Source of the DNA: a virus
Virus record (IMG/VR): IMGVR_UViG_3300044971_002537
Location: 64,001 to 128,000 of that record
Reading direction: 5' to 3' (one strand)
DNA length: 64,000 bases
This document shows, piece after piece, positions 54,201 through 64,000 of this stretch. Positions within the stretch are counted from its first letter, which is position 1, and every line of letters begins with the position of its first letter. Under the pieces are notes generated by a model. The model did no database searches, was not told where the DNA came from, and saw only the letters and a program-made list of their open reading frames with translations. Made by a program: the position numbers and the translations under genes.

Positions 54201-54841
54201 TTGACGACATTTCTGATCTGATTAAGGAAAAATCATTATCGCTAATACCAGAATCTAGATTTAAGGAATTTGGAGACAACTTTGGTAGTAATTGTGTTTC
54301 TAGACCAGCAGTATCTCCAAGATCTATTGGTATACCACAAAAATCTAATAGGTACGTATATGGGCCTTGGATAACAAATTTTTCTGAAACTATATATTGT
54401 GGAAAATTTGAGTATGAACAAGATGAAGAATTAGTTCCTGAAAACTTTATGATACCTGTATATGGAACAATAAATACAAATTGGCAAATAGTAGATTCTG
54501 ATGGGAGTGTAAGTAGAAATATAGAATCAGTTAAGGGCACATCATTATCTGGTTTTGCTGGAATGAATCTAGCTGGACAAGCTATTGCAAATAGTATTGA
54601 TGATTTTTCTTTGTTCGCTCAAGAAGAAGGTAATTTAACCTTAAAAGGTTTGCCTATAATACAGCGTGTTGGTCAAACTTTGTTAAATGGTCCGAGAATA
54701 ACAGATATAAGTATAAGCTTTAATAACAGTGAAGTTAGTACTACATATAATTTTAGGACTTTGTCCCCAAGAGTTGGTAAAAGTAGTAAAGAACTACTAA
54801 AGCAATTAAGAAAAATATCTAACACATTAAGGAATAAATAA
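51281..54841 (+). CDS. Tail-tip/baseplate hub-like protein
   Basis: 1186 aa; FMGCTV.SF N-terminus, YGPW, ITDISISF...TTYNF C-terminus. Confidence 0.6.
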   Translation: MENILPFGSGIESSIPVQKFMGCTVASFNCSADFSSQPGSCSIDLIVDDTDGDVFSPGVIGSPYFFKIVDYNSATIFGFNGILESVTRDSSPEGKFYRVELLSPLKILEAVTLIIDGYTGYGSALEGLPRYFSDDGYYQIEDSDKQPGYIPDGVSMTPTVSYFETAQFSFATNNANLSFTGMWNRLYNLINVFAAYENEWVDSNGNSLAIVPFAGFGASSVTSGMRVDKIAYAIDEIVNRTESSSPRRYIGGNLMYGANTYNICGTANGYVPPYPFYYGFDIIGFTSQALNYLPEDFVIPGPSISIAEFISIICDTISADFIVELNDYSYKDGAFAASMSQTYPNSVFGGIISILLIPRSQYVTCNKPFSQFTYDLLNLEKPDTGDYGTLGSINPGIAPQNDGRFINPLDLDYSRRGAEGSSPYGGSFPVTPTPYQILNNITNRPINLSLSLKSTNPTVGKMVVGGFQTRMNVVPRDFIYQYWGEITLVTSSGDACGITSSSQKSIPIITQTLPPNDIWDWVAIDMQHIFSSKTITGVCYDGIYFASMLEIRAAMCSYESWEEFMSSIKPHKWMVLSGGGLNQINNETFKSAVATVAKYMAFRGLRSANTSQVDFSFPEDDDTIKKIWEKVKDIGDTHYGKSWVAPIPVFKTKLTQDNQSLVGNFVRSWDVSSSAYVEPYAFDEIEAPKDSKFIEDGKLKPFASFEHSFTAGGSDDLVYGLLTGDISGFASGVKYKFDFSEHGDNTVFDLDPSASGACAKVGMAYTSPEISEKYLFIPSQYFSYYNRGHCPFFEAESNGLGSAVEGNLGSYYMYTYNFSGKTVSRQDESLLPNNVMSNAGAKDFASANNTQSAISIEKANQSQYSYTTVYTPPSGIFSHNVHSSGYYTQVLQSFDQNNKVVYLNLVEPADINYTAHFSFHYSGTALKDILYGIKNNPANDTGSGLPFIKFTTEPVYYPSSFQHSGVNPLSGQYVDDISDLIKEKSLSLIPESRFKEFGDNFGSNCVSRPAVSPRSIGIPQKSNRYVYGPWITNFSETIYCGKFEYEQDEELVPENFMIPVYGTINTNWQIVDSDGSVSRNIESVKGTSLSGFAGMNLAGQAIANSIDDFSLFAQEEGNLTLKGLPIIQRVGQTLLNGPRITDISISFNNSEVSTTYNFRTLSPRVGKSSKELLKQLRKISNTLRNK

Positions 54842-56505
54842 TGGAAAGGGACTTAATAGGTAGGCCACAGTTTATAGTATCTACGGCTGTAGACTTTGTT
54901 AGATCTAGTGGAGACGCATTAGCCAGTGGAACAGATAGACAAAACTTTTTTAATTTTTATACGTCGTTTGTAGACTCTAACTATTTCGATCAGTATACAA
55001 GATTGATAAATTCTTCTGGCAATAAAGATATGCTAGATAGAGTTGGAGCTATAAGTTTAGATGGTTTATTTGTACCATATTCTACTCACATTGAGCATAC
55101 TGGATCGTTGCCACATTTTGAAAGTCCTACAGAGAGCGGGGAAGGAGTAGTTAATGTAAATTCTTTAAATCCATTTAACCCGTCGAATATGTTTGGTACT
55201 GGAATATTATCGACTGGAATTACTGATAGCGGAACTTACAATCAGGATGTGTGGGCTTCTGGAGGTCACAACATACTTGCAGCAATTACTTCAAGTAAAT
55301 ATAGCACAGACAACTCTATAGAGTCTGGAGTACATCCATCAGATCATTATTTTGATGCTGATTTCTACTATAGAAAGAAGACAGAACTACTTGATATTAG
55401 GAGCATAGCCCACAGAGCCCCACTTATCCTTAGTGGCCCCGGCTACGATATTGACGGGAATCCGGTCCCCACGGGGGCTGATGGTGCGATGCATCCTCAG
55501 GCTTACTCGAATCCTTCCCTCTGGAAAACTGGCCCTCTGGACGTTCGCTGGGACCAATCCAGAGCCGTCTGGAGTGCTGGGACTTCTACCAAGGTCTTCT
55601 TATCAAAAGTTACGAATACCTACAATCCGCCAAACTTTTCTTATGAGGTTGAACGAAGTAATTCGAGGGACCAGTTCACCAGATCAGGTCCAGAGATGAT
55701 GAGGCAATTCTCATCTACTGGAGTAATTTATGATCCAGAATATGTTGCGTATACTGGTAATCCTAATAACGTTGGCACCTATGAACAATTAGACTATACT
55801 GGGCTTGAGTTCCCGCACTACGAGGCCTTTATCATCAGAGAAACTATTGATGATGTCGGTCAGGCCTACTATAATATTTGGAATGAAGATTGTCAAGATT
55901 GTGGACATGTGTCCAACCCATGCCCATCTGGTGATCGAATAGGGGGACACGGAACTGCATCAGTAAATAAGAAGATTTTGATTGAGAACCCTCTTAAGCA
56001 AAACTTGGATACTGGAGATCTTTGTTTCACTATGAAAACTGGCCGATCCAAGAATGTGAATACTGGGAGTTTTGTTGGGGGCTCCGGCGTTGGGGCCTCG
56101 GGGAATGTGGTGACCAACTCCTCTGGTATTGCAGTCTTTCAGGTGGCTAATGGTGGAAGTGGATATACCTATGGGGGATTTGGTATAATTAATTCAGGTA
56201 TATGTGCCTCGGTTTCTTTATCATTTACTGACGGAGTTATGACTACAGGGACTGTGAGTCCAAATAGTGGGTTTCCACGTAGCAAGACTTACTCGGTGTC
56301 TATTTATCCTACCAATGCGACTGTAGAGACTGAGAGCCTCGATATTCACTGGATCATGAATTCTGAATATAAAACGCAACAAGTTGTTACCCATGTGGCT
56401 TGTGATGGAGGACTGCTGCAGACTTGTAGCGTAAAGATTCAGAGCCAAGGCTTTAAATCTTGTGAGTGGTGTGGCGAGGACACAGCCCTATCGAACGCCT
56501 TTTGA
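54841..56505 (+). CDS. Tail protein
   Basis: RAPLILSG.GYDIDG.PVP, WKTGPLDVRWD; position. Confidence 0.55.
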   Translation: MERDLIGRPQFIVSTAVDFVRSSGDALASGTDRQNFFNFYTSFVDSNYFDQYTRLINSSGNKDMLDRVGAISLDGLFVPYSTHIEHTGSLPHFESPTESGEGVVNVNSLNPFNPSNMFGTGILSTGITDSGTYNQDVWASGGHNILAAITSSKYSTDNSIESGVHPSDHYFDADFYYRKKTELLDIRSIAHRAPLILSGPGYDIDGNPVPTGADGAMHPQAYSNPSLWKTGPLDVRWDQSRAVWSAGTSTKVFLSKVTNTYNPPNFSYEVERSNSRDQFTRSGPEMMRQFSSTGVIYDPEYVAYTGNPNNVGTYEQLDYTGLEFPHYEAFIIRETIDDVGQAYYNIWNEDCQDCGHVSNPCPSGDRIGGHGTASVNKKILIENPLKQNLDTGDLCFTMKTGRSKNVNTGSFVGGSGVGASGNVVTNSSGIAVFQVANGGSGYTYGGFGIINSGICASVSLSFTDGVMTTGTVSPNSGFPRSKTYSVSIYPTNATVETESLDIHWIMNSEYKTQQVVTHVACDGGLLQTCSVKIQSQGFKSCEWCGEDTALSNAF

Positions 56506-56506
56506 T

Positions 56507-56532
56507 TTATTACTTATTACTTATTACTTATT
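56507..56532. repeat. Short tandem repeat (TTATTAC)x3.7
   Basis: Seen directly in intergenic sequence. Confidence 0.8.
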
Positions 56533-56642
56533 TCAAATGAACGTGATAAATTAAAAGAATCTTCACCGCAATTAGCATATGAAAAATTCATAAATAAACT
56601 TAGGAACATAGCCAGCAATCTTCTGGCTGATTAGGACATACA

Positions 56643-59600
56643 ATGGCCGATATGCTATCTGGGTGCTACGAATGTAGCAGAAACTGCATCAATGACCAGT
56701 TCTGTGGTCAGGACGGCACTATCTCTTTACCGAAGCAGCTCAAGATCAGAGTTATTGCCAATCCTACCTTCTGGGGCTTCAATGATGGAAGTGGCAACGT
56801 ATTAACAAGTGGCACAGCCATCTTCTCAAATGGCCACTACGACTTCTTCGATGGGTATGATGAGCTACACTTCGCCACCAAGCAATGCGGTACTCTAGGG
56901 CCAGTTCAGGGTCCATTTAGAGACGAACAACGACCAGACGTACTATATAGGTCCGTTTACGACCCAGACGATCCTACTGCCGATGAATTTTCTGGGCTGA
57001 AACACTATAACGGTGCCACTAGGGATGACATAGAGCGTGGTGGGGCTGAGGTTTACCTGATTGATAGGGCCGGTACGGCCACTTCAGATCTTGAATCATG
57101 CGACCAATCAGATCCTACCAAGGTATACAAGAAGTTCCCAGAAAATTTCGGCTATGGGACCAAAATCTCAACTACGGACACCATCTTTAAGAACAAGACT
57201 GGGGCTTGGAGATACATATCACAAGACGTATGCTATGACAATATCTATATGGACTCTAGCGTAGTTTCGGAGTGTGATGGTTCTCCGAAACAAGAGATTC
57301 TGAGAGGTGATAATTTTGGCCTAGAATATGACCCATTCCAGATCCGTGTATCGGGAGAGCGGGGCTGCGTCCAAGATGGATCAATTCCGTCTTTATATAA
57401 AGGAGAAGCTTATGTTTACCGAAGTGGTGGGATCGAAGACTTCCTTCATTTAGGTTTAATCTATAATAGTGGAGTGGCTTCGGGCATAGCCGATGGTATG
57501 GCTCTTGGTGTATATGGCTCATATCTAGATGGGGGATACAGAGTCTTTGGAGTGACTCACTCAAGTGGGGTAACCGACTGTAAGGTTGTTGGCACGTTGG
57601 GTAGTGGCGAGGTATTAGAAACTGGGCACCGCTGGTCGGCCCTTGGAACGTCAGACCCGAATACGTGTTGCGGTGGAGCAGCCCACAACATATCGAATGA
57701 CACCAAAAGGCCCAATAGTGTCAAAAACTATCACTCAGATCTTGGCCGAATTTTCAATAATAATAAAAACAAGCTTCAGGCCAATAGGTTCCCAGAAAAT
57801 AGATATACATACGGGTTGGGGACCACTAGCCAGATCAATCCCGCCAACTCGTTTAGGGTCAACAAAACCATTCCAGATGTGACTGAGACTGGTGTACTTC
57901 TTGAGAGTGGTTATCCGGTATTCTCACAAGAGCACCCATACTATGGGGCATTCTTTGACATAGACAAATATGATACGTCCGTTCGGGTAGATGGAAAATA
58001 TAACAAAACCCAAGGAAATAATGGGACTTGCTACAGTAAGAAGGCCTCATTATCGGTATACCCAGATTGTATTACTCAGTATTCCGAAAGATTTCAAGAA
58101 TGTGATGGGCCATACAAACAAATTACTAATATGATTAGTAGATTAGCCATTGTTTATCGTGGCTGTAATTTCGATGATGGTTGCACATATAGTGAATCAG
58201 GACACCCATATTTTGCCCCTACGGGGGTAGAAGACTTAAGAAAGGGGTTGTCTGGTCAAGAGATTTATATGTACATCAATCTCTCAAACGTGTGGGGGCC
58301 TAAGACCAAACCACAAGACGTCTGCGGCTGTGGAGACGATGTTCCACCGGGTCTCAGAGATCCTATTTTTGTCGAAGTTCCATCTCCTGTTACCTTTCCA
58401 ACATTCCCAAAGTTTGACCTGTATCCCGAGGATTACGGATGTAATGACATATTGTGGCAATATAAATGGGCGTCAGAATGTGAAGGGGGAAGCTTAAGTG
58501 AGTGCCCTATCCCGTCATCAGATTATGCTTGTCTTCCCAAGCAGCCATATACTACCTATGGTTTCATTCGTAATCTTTGCGGAAATGAATATCATGATCG
58601 TAGAGAGGTAATCACCTCTGCATTTGCGAACTTAGTACAAGCCGGGGATTATAGGAATACTGGAGTAGCTCCCACAGATCCTCAACCCATGTATTGGCAA
58701 TTCAATAATCCATATACACTAGAAAGTGGACAGGTAGGAGGGTTCTCTGCATCAGGAAATTATCCATTCTGGGGAGTTTCTGATAGTCAGGGAAGAGTAG
58801 TATCGCCGTACTTCCGACCCAAGCCAGCTATTGCTTATGGACTGGCGTGTGATGGACCCCCTCCTGAGTATCCATACTTAGATTTTGATCTTTGCTCAAC
58901 CAGAGCCAGTGGATGGCCGACAGACAAAGTTCCATTCTTGGTGGAGATTGATCATACAGATGATTGTGTCGGATGCGGAAGCATTGAGGCTGCACAAACT
59001 GACCTAATATTAGAAACCGCTGGGCTAAATACCAGTTTCTCTCATGCTAGAGGAGAAAAGTATGGATGGAATCATTGCACTTATAAGGGGACCAACTTTG
59101 ATCCAACATACTCATGTGAGACTGGATTTGGTGTACCATGTGACGGACTAGTTAGTGGAATAGATTTGACAAGCTCGTACGTTGGCAATACGTGTTCGTG
59201 CATAGCAAATCAATTTGATCTTATGAATATAAAGCTCAGAGGAAGCAATATCTCTGCAGGATGGACAACTTGGAATATAAATAACTCATACATCAATGTG
59301 CCAGATTGTGCTCAGGATAGACTGAATGATTATTTCACGCCTGCTCCAACGGTTAGGTCTCCCGGATTTTCTGTCTATGCATCATTTAAGTTAGCATGCG
59401 AGGGGGCTCACGATCATTTAATACCTCCAGACGCTACTGGGATTATAAGGAATTACTTAACCCTATCTCAAATTACTGGGGCTAGTAATGTTTTAGATGT
59501 AATGTATGAAAATGCTGGCTGCGGCCATCATTTCCCTTCGGCTGCGTCTGATCTACAACTGAAAGCAAGCTTTGTTTTGGTCCCGAGTGGAAATGAGCAA

Positions 59601-62231
59601 ATTTTTGAAATCATTCCTGAGCCCCTTATTGATAGCTTAAAGTCGTTAGGAGTTTTAAATTCTCCAGCAGATGTTTTGTCAAGTCTCGCCTCTAATAAGG
59701 TTTTTGGGTGTAATACATATTTTAGCGAATATGGATGTGCCGGTACAAATAGTTATGGCCAGCAAGCATTTTTTCCGTGTGCAGCATGCTCTAATCCCAC
59801 AGTAGAAACCTGTGATTGTCCAACTGTGGTATGTGATGAGTGTGACACAATTACGTTTATACCGCCGGAATATCAAAATCCATGTGTTTGCAATTGTAAT
59901 TTACAGTTAATGAGAAAAACCCTTATAGATATATCTGGTGCAAAAACTTTAGTATATGGAACTGGCACAGTCTGTGATTTTTACGGGATAGAGACAACTG
60001 GACTGGTGGTAGCCGTAAGTTATTCCGGAGAATATGGATCAATTGGCCCAGTCTATATAAATTCGAATACTGAAATTGATTTTGCGTCTACTCCAGTAGA
60101 TCTGATTGCTGATTCGGCTTGTTCATGGCATACTGGCCCCAACATGCTAGCGACTGGCGTTTACTATGAGTTTGAAGAACCACATCGCGAACGTCAGGGC
60201 GATTTAGTATGCACAACACTAATACCATCTACTTGTGATGGAGATTGTAGTCATGATCAGTCAGCTCAAGCTGGATCGTGCGGAGACCCAATCCCTTGGT
60301 CTGGTGATGTGAATAGTGGAGTATCGGTTAATCTAAGATCCTGTTTTCCAGAAGTTATGGTGGTTAACAAGATAGAGTGTACAGGAGATGTCTTTAACCT
60401 ATACGTGGCCAGAGAGTACCATACCAGACCTAGAAATTGGCAACATATAGTAGGTGGTACGCCCGCATCATCCTGTAAACCTAAACAGATAGGATCATAT
60501 CGATACCCAGTTGGGACTGGGACTGTTTGCGTAGAGATCCCATTCTGTACCCCATCTGACTCTGTTACTCCTGCATATTATTCTGAGCCAGAAATGTCTG
60601 GAACTGGCATTGTGTCATATAGGGGAGTCTGCAATGCTCATTATTCAGAAGGTCTCCATTCAAATCAAGATTTTATTTTAGGAGAACCCCCAGCATCTGG
60701 CGAAGACAGACTGTGGAATTATTTTAATCTATTCTATGAGTCAGGTGTGCCTAGTAACAAATATTTTCCAGCCATTGATCTAGGAGATCAAACAGACAAC
60801 AGTCCACCTCCTAATCCTTGCGGGACCGGAGTAGTCTATAGTAGTACTGCTATTTTTGATACTGGCTTATATTTCACACCAGCAAATAGACTCGGGGTAG
60901 ACTGGACTAATAAATTCCATAGTTGCTTACAAGATCATGCAGAGTGTGGAAGTGACTTTTATTGTAATAAAATGTTCTTTCCAAGAAGGAAATATGTTGT
61001 AGGTACTAAAGTATCTAGATTTGGGGCTCTACAACTTTGTACATCTAATTCATCATTGGTTTTAGGAGACTGGTACACTGGATATCAAGATTTTGAAACT
61101 AACGAAATGCCAGACATAATACTAGAAGCAGAAAATACGAGATTTATCAATGCTTGTGACGAAACAGCTAAAACTTCTATAACTGAAAATGTTGGATTAG
61201 ATGACGTAATAATCACTGTTGAAGATTATCTTCCGTTAATAGGTGTGAATACATCATTATTTAGATATACATCAGATACTAAAAGTTGTTCTATAGTTTC
61301 CGATGCTTGTCATATTATGAGTCTACATTCTCAGTCTTCTATCGATGCTAGTGTCGGAAGCCCAAAGACCTTTTTGGCTAACAACTTTAGCAGTATGGGA
61401 TATTATCTTGATAAATCTGCCTATTCAGAACAAGATAATTGCTTATTTAATCCCTTCAAAATATTGGTGGACGTAGAATGTTGCGAGTCGGTTTTGAGGA
61501 GGAGAGACCTATTACAAGATCCGCCAACTTTACTTGAATATGTTCTAGATGGAGTGCCAAGTGTTGCTTGCGGGGGCTTTATAAAACCTCCTCCCTGTAC
61601 CTGCAATGATAGCACTTGTGGAGGGATTCTTGGATATTACGAACTAGCTCCACAGTCGGTCTGTGTAACGCTAGCAAAATCCAGAGGTATATATGCTGAA
61701 GTCGTTGGGACAGGAATAGTGGATTATTGCACTACACCATGTGACACATGTTGTGCTGGCCCAGCTAGTGGATCTGCAAATACTGCAACGGTAAGAGATT
61801 CAGCTCCATATTACGGATATATGACATCGTCAGGAGGGGTCGCTTACGAAATAGGAGAGACTATCGAGCCAGTTGGATGCTCCGCATGCGATAGGGCACA
61901 ACCAATAGCTGGAGCATATACTTACTGTGAATCTGGTGGTCAGCCGTTCATCAGTGATGGGAATATAAGCGTAGCAGCGTATAAGTGCGGTGATTATTTA
62001 TACATTCCATATCCTATCGAGACAGGATGTTGTCCAAGTCGAACCCTATGTAGCGTACTTGGAAACTCATGGAAGCTTAATATTGACGAATGCATGATAT
62101 TCAACTCGGCATCAGACAGCAGGGGAGACCACACCGAAGATTATCTCAATAATTGTGGATGCCTAGATGCAACTAGATATGTTCAGTGTGATTCTTCAGT
62201 AATTCATGTGACAATTACAGAGGCAATGTAA
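56643..62231 (+). CDS. Giant cysteine-rich protein (probable virion or receptor-binding)
   Basis: 1862-aa ORF with many CxC, CxxC and CC clusters after the tail-tip genes. Confidence 0.7.
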   Translation: MADMLSGCYECSRNCINDQFCGQDGTISLPKQLKIRVIANPTFWGFNDGSGNVLTSGTAIFSNGHYDFFDGYDELHFATKQCGTLGPVQGPFRDEQRPDVLYRSVYDPDDPTADEFSGLKHYNGATRDDIERGGAEVYLIDRAGTATSDLESCDQSDPTKVYKKFPENFGYGTKISTTDTIFKNKTGAWRYISQDVCYDNIYMDSSVVSECDGSPKQEILRGDNFGLEYDPFQIRVSGERGCVQDGSIPSLYKGEAYVYRSGGIEDFLHLGLIYNSGVASGIADGMALGVYGSYLDGGYRVFGVTHSSGVTDCKVVGTLGSGEVLETGHRWSALGTSDPNTCCGGAAHNISNDTKRPNSVKNYHSDLGRIFNNNKNKLQANRFPENRYTYGLGTTSQINPANSFRVNKTIPDVTETGVLLESGYPVFSQEHPYYGAFFDIDKYDTSVRVDGKYNKTQGNNGTCYSKKASLSVYPDCITQYSERFQECDGPYKQITNMISRLAIVYRGCNFDDGCTYSESGHPYFAPTGVEDLRKGLSGQEIYMYINLSNVWGPKTKPQDVCGCGDDVPPGLRDPIFVEVPSPVTFPTFPKFDLYPEDYGCNDILWQYKWASECEGGSLSECPIPSSDYACLPKQPYTTYGFIRNLCGNEYHDRREVITSAFANLVQAGDYRNTGVAPTDPQPMYWQFNNPYTLESGQVGGFSASGNYPFWGVSDSQGRVVSPYFRPKPAIAYGLACDGPPPEYPYLDFDLCSTRASGWPTDKVPFLVEIDHTDDCVGCGSIEAAQTDLILETAGLNTSFSHARGEKYGWNHCTYKGTNFDPTYSCETGFGVPCDGLVSGIDLTSSYVGNTCSCIANQFDLMNIKLRGSNISAGWTTWNINNSYINVPDCAQDRLNDYFTPAPTVRSPGFSVYASFKLACEGAHDHLIPPDATGIIRNYLTLSQITGASNVLDVMYENAGCGHHFPSAASDLQLKASFVLVPSGNEQIFEIIPEPLIDSLKSLGVLNSPADVLSSLASNKVFGCNTYFSEYGCAGTNSYGQQAFFPCAACSNPTVETCDCPTVVCDECDTITFIPPEYQNPCVCNCNLQLMRKTLIDISGAKTLVYGTGTVCDFYGIETTGLVVAVSYSGEYGSIGPVYINSNTEIDFASTPVDLIADSACSWHTGPNMLATGVYYEFEEPHRERQGDLVCTTLIPSTCDGDCSHDQSAQAGSCGDPIPWSGDVNSGVSVNLRSCFPEVMVVNKIECTGDVFNLYVAREYHTRPRNWQHIVGGTPASSCKPKQIGSYRYPVGTGTVCVEIPFCTPSDSVTPAYYSEPEMSGTGIVSYRGVCNAHYSEGLHSNQDFILGEPPASGEDRLWNYFNLFYESGVPSNKYFPAIDLGDQTDNSPPPNPCGTGVVYSSTAIFDTGLYFTPANRLGVDWTNKFHSCLQDHAECGSDFYCNKMFFPRRKYVVGTKVSRFGALQLCTSNSSLVLGDWYTGYQDFETNEMPDIILEAENTRFINACDETAKTSITENVGLDDVIITVEDYLPLIGVNTSLFRYTSDTKSCSIVSDACHIMSLHSQSSIDASVGSPKTFLANNFSSMGYYLDKSAYSEQDNCLFNPFKILVDVECCESVLRRRDLLQDPPTLLEYVLDGVPSVACGGFIKPPPCTCNDSTCGGILGYYELAPQSVCVTLAKSRGIYAEVVGTGIVDYCTTPCDTCCAGPASGSANTATVRDSAPYYGYMTSSGGVAYEIGETIEPVGCSACDRAQPIAGAYTYCESGGQPFISDGNISVAAYKCGDYLYIPYPIETGCCPSRTLCSVLGNSWKLNIDECMIFNSASDSRGDHTEDYLNNCGCLDATRYVQCDSSVIHVTITEAM

Positions 62232-62248
62232 TCCAGAGGATTTAGGAT

Positions 62249-62716
62249 ATGGAAGAAAACAAAAAGACCGATTGCTCGTGTCCACTTGCCGGTTTTTGCA
62301 ATAGGCACGGGATCGAAAAATCTCCACATCAGCACAAGCTATGCCAAAATAGTCCAGCCTATTTCAACAGATGGGAAGAGTGTCGTGGTCCGGGCCAGAG
62401 ATTTGTTGAGTGCAATAAAAAAGAATCGCCTACTACGATTCCAGCGATTGAGTCTCCGCAAGTCGCACCGACATTGGAGAAGCCCCATAGTATGCCGTCA
62501 CTGTGGCAGCAAGCTAAAAACCTAGGATCGGCGATAAAACAACATGCTAAAAGCGGCTTTAGCCATGTATCAGAAGAAACGAAGCAGGAGAGGCTGAAGG
62601 TTTGCAGTACGTGCCCTTTTCTGTCTGGAGACAGATGTACGAAATGTGGATGTCATACTCCCACTAAAGCTAGTTGGGCCGCTAATTCATGTCCTGCTGG
62701 CTACTGGAAGGACTAA
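62249..62716 (+). CDS. Cys-rich protein with C-terminal DUF6171-like domain
   Basis: ERLKVCSTCP...CTKCGC...K......CPAGYW. Confidence 0.7.
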   Translation: MEENKKTDCSCPLAGFCNRHGIEKSPHQHKLCQNSPAYFNRWEECRGPGQRFVECNKKESPTTIPAIESPQVAPTLEKPHSMPSLWQQAKNLGSAIKQHAKSGFSHVSEETKQERLKVCSTCPFLSGDRCTKCGCHTPTKASWAANSCPAGYWKD

Positions 62717-62734
62717 TGGAAGGACTAATGGAAG
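62705..62734. repeat. 12-bp tandem duplication at the convergent gene junction
   Basis: TGGAAGGACTAA x2.5. Confidence 0.8.
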
Positions 62735-63666
62735 TACCAATCAGTATTGCAGACCGCATTAGGTAGAATCATCAGATCCTTCTGAGATGCGAACCATAGA
62801 TTGGTTAGAAATTCAAAGAAAAGTCCTTCTTTTCTATTATTGAAACCCACTTCGGGGCCAGAGTAGATCAGGTTCTGGTCACTGTGCATACCACTACATT
62901 TTACAGATCGTAAGTTGTACGAGAATATTTTTTGGACCACCAGCGGGAATACCCTCCTATAGAATTCTTGCAATCTGAGATACACACTCCTGTGACAAAT
63001 TATCTGATTGGACCAAAGACCAAAATTGCATACTTCACCGGTAAGAGAGATAGCGAATTTCTCAAAGTCTCTTATGCAGCCCTTGTTGAATAGCAGAAAA
63101 ATGTCGTTATGTTTAAATAACGATCTTTCTGCCGTCAAAACTATGTTTTTGTCTCCACTATTGAACAAGATTTTGGTGTTATCCCAGTTATGAAAATTAT
63201 CGATTTTATTGGGTCCAAATTTTCTATTCCAAGAAGCTGTAACAACTCCGACATACTCTGCTTCTGGCATATCTGCTAAAAAAGCTCTAGATTCTGCAAA
63301 ACAATTGTTTTGATATTGTCTATAGGTCCCTAGGTCCATGTCCTGCAGTAAAGTAAGATACAGATAATTTCTATCTTCCCCGTCATATTGATCGGGGCGA
63401 TGTCCGAGAAGTAGGATCTTACATTCGTCTAAGATCCGCTCGTCATAATCATGAATGAATTTACGAAGATGCTTTTCTTCTTCTACGTACCTGTGTACAC
63501 AAGAGATTTGATCTTGGGTCATCATGTGATATGGTGTACCAAATTTAAGATCTAGGCTATGCCTATGTCCTTCATTCTTTAGGCACATTAGCCATTTTTT
63601 CCTATCTTTAGTTTCAAAATGGCGACTACACCATCCGGGCTGTGAGCATATGCATTCTTGCATCAC
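62725..63666 (-). CDS. Putative glycosyltransferase-like protein with N-terminal Cys motif
   Basis: KILLLGH, FAESRAF...EYVGVVTASW, FFEFL; weak family resemblance only. Confidence 0.45.
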   Translation of the reverse strand: MMQECICSQPGWCSRHFETKDRKKWLMCLKNEGHRHSLDLKFGTPYHMMTQDQISCVHRYVEEEKHLRKFIHDYDERILDECKILLLGHRPDQYDGEDRNYLYLTLLQDMDLGTYRQYQNNCFAESRAFLADMPEAEYVGVVTASWNRKFGPNKIDNFHNWDNTKILFNSGDKNIVLTAERSLFKHNDIFLLFNKGCIRDFEKFAISLTGEVCNFGLWSNQIICHRSVYLRLQEFYRRVFPLVVQKIFSYNLRSVKCSGMHSDQNLIYSGPEVGFNNRKEGLFFEFLTNLWFASQKDLMILPNAVCNTDWYFH

Positions 63667-64000
63667 ACTATCTCCAGCGGAATAGTTTTTCTACAAATAC
63701 TTAGCCCCTTTTCTGTCGGGACATGTAAGCAACTGTAGCCAGAAGATATCAAGTCATTAACCATCAATTTTTCAGATATCTGATGGTGTCCTGCCGTATC
63801 GTGAAATACCAACATCGTGCTATCTGTAATAACTGACTCTCTTTTTAGAAGCTCAAGACATTTAGTCTGCTCTTCGTAGCAGTGAGCATCAAAGAATATC
63901 ATCTCAATGGATGACCCTATATCCTCAATTCTTATATCAGATATATTTTTGGAAATCATAATATGGTCTGGATGGTTGATTGAAAATGAGTTCACATCAA
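63663..64000 (-). CDS. Class I SAM methyltransferase (Methyltransf_24-like), 5'-truncated
   Basis: IEMIFFDAHCYE and MLVFHDT motifs. Confidence 0.7.
   Translation of the reverse strand, partial: DVNSFSINHPDHIMISKNISDIRIEDIGSSIEMIFFDAHCYEEQTKCLELLKRESVITDSTMLVFHDTAGHHQISEKLMVNDLISSGYSCLHVPTEKGLSICRKTIPLEIV

Noticed and set aside
56533-56634. Short reading-frame remnant after the TTATTAC repeat
   Set aside because: No clear start or RBS and too short to support.
1-64000. Stop-codon reassignment
   Set aside because: Long genes are intact under the standard code, TAG, TGA and TAA all end genes, and no suppressor tRNA is seen.

Overview
A 64-kb segment of a large tailed dsDNA phage (Caudoviricetes; siphovirus-like, with a tail tube and long tape measure and no sheath seen). 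(1) About 1-11.3 kb is a minus-strand early/host-takeover-type region of short genes driven by about 13 sigma70-like promoters. It holds tRNA-Glu(UUC), tRNA-Ile(UAU), a ~400-nt structured non-coding stretch that includes a tRNA-shaped RNA whose anticodon loop is replaced by 66 nt, and ten copies of a bipartite intergenic hairpin element with perfectly co-varying stems that cuts the region into small gene cassettes. (2) 11.4-12.8 kb holds two homing-type endonucleases. (3) 12.9-62.7 kb is the plus-strand late region: sigma-like factor, HNH, TM-PAS, ERCC4 and SPFH proteins, terminase, portal, protease/scaffold, major capsid, a homing endonuclease, mosaic fibre-like proteins, neck and tail genes, a tape measure carrying nuclease-like and metallopeptidase-like inserts, tail-tip proteins and a giant Cys-rich protein. 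(4) The right end has convergent glycosyltransferase-like and methyltransferase genes. The best candidates for undescribed biology are the ten-copy cassette element, the tRNA-scaffolded ncRNA cluster and the tape-measure cargo domains. All family assignments come from motif recognition by eye, not database searches.
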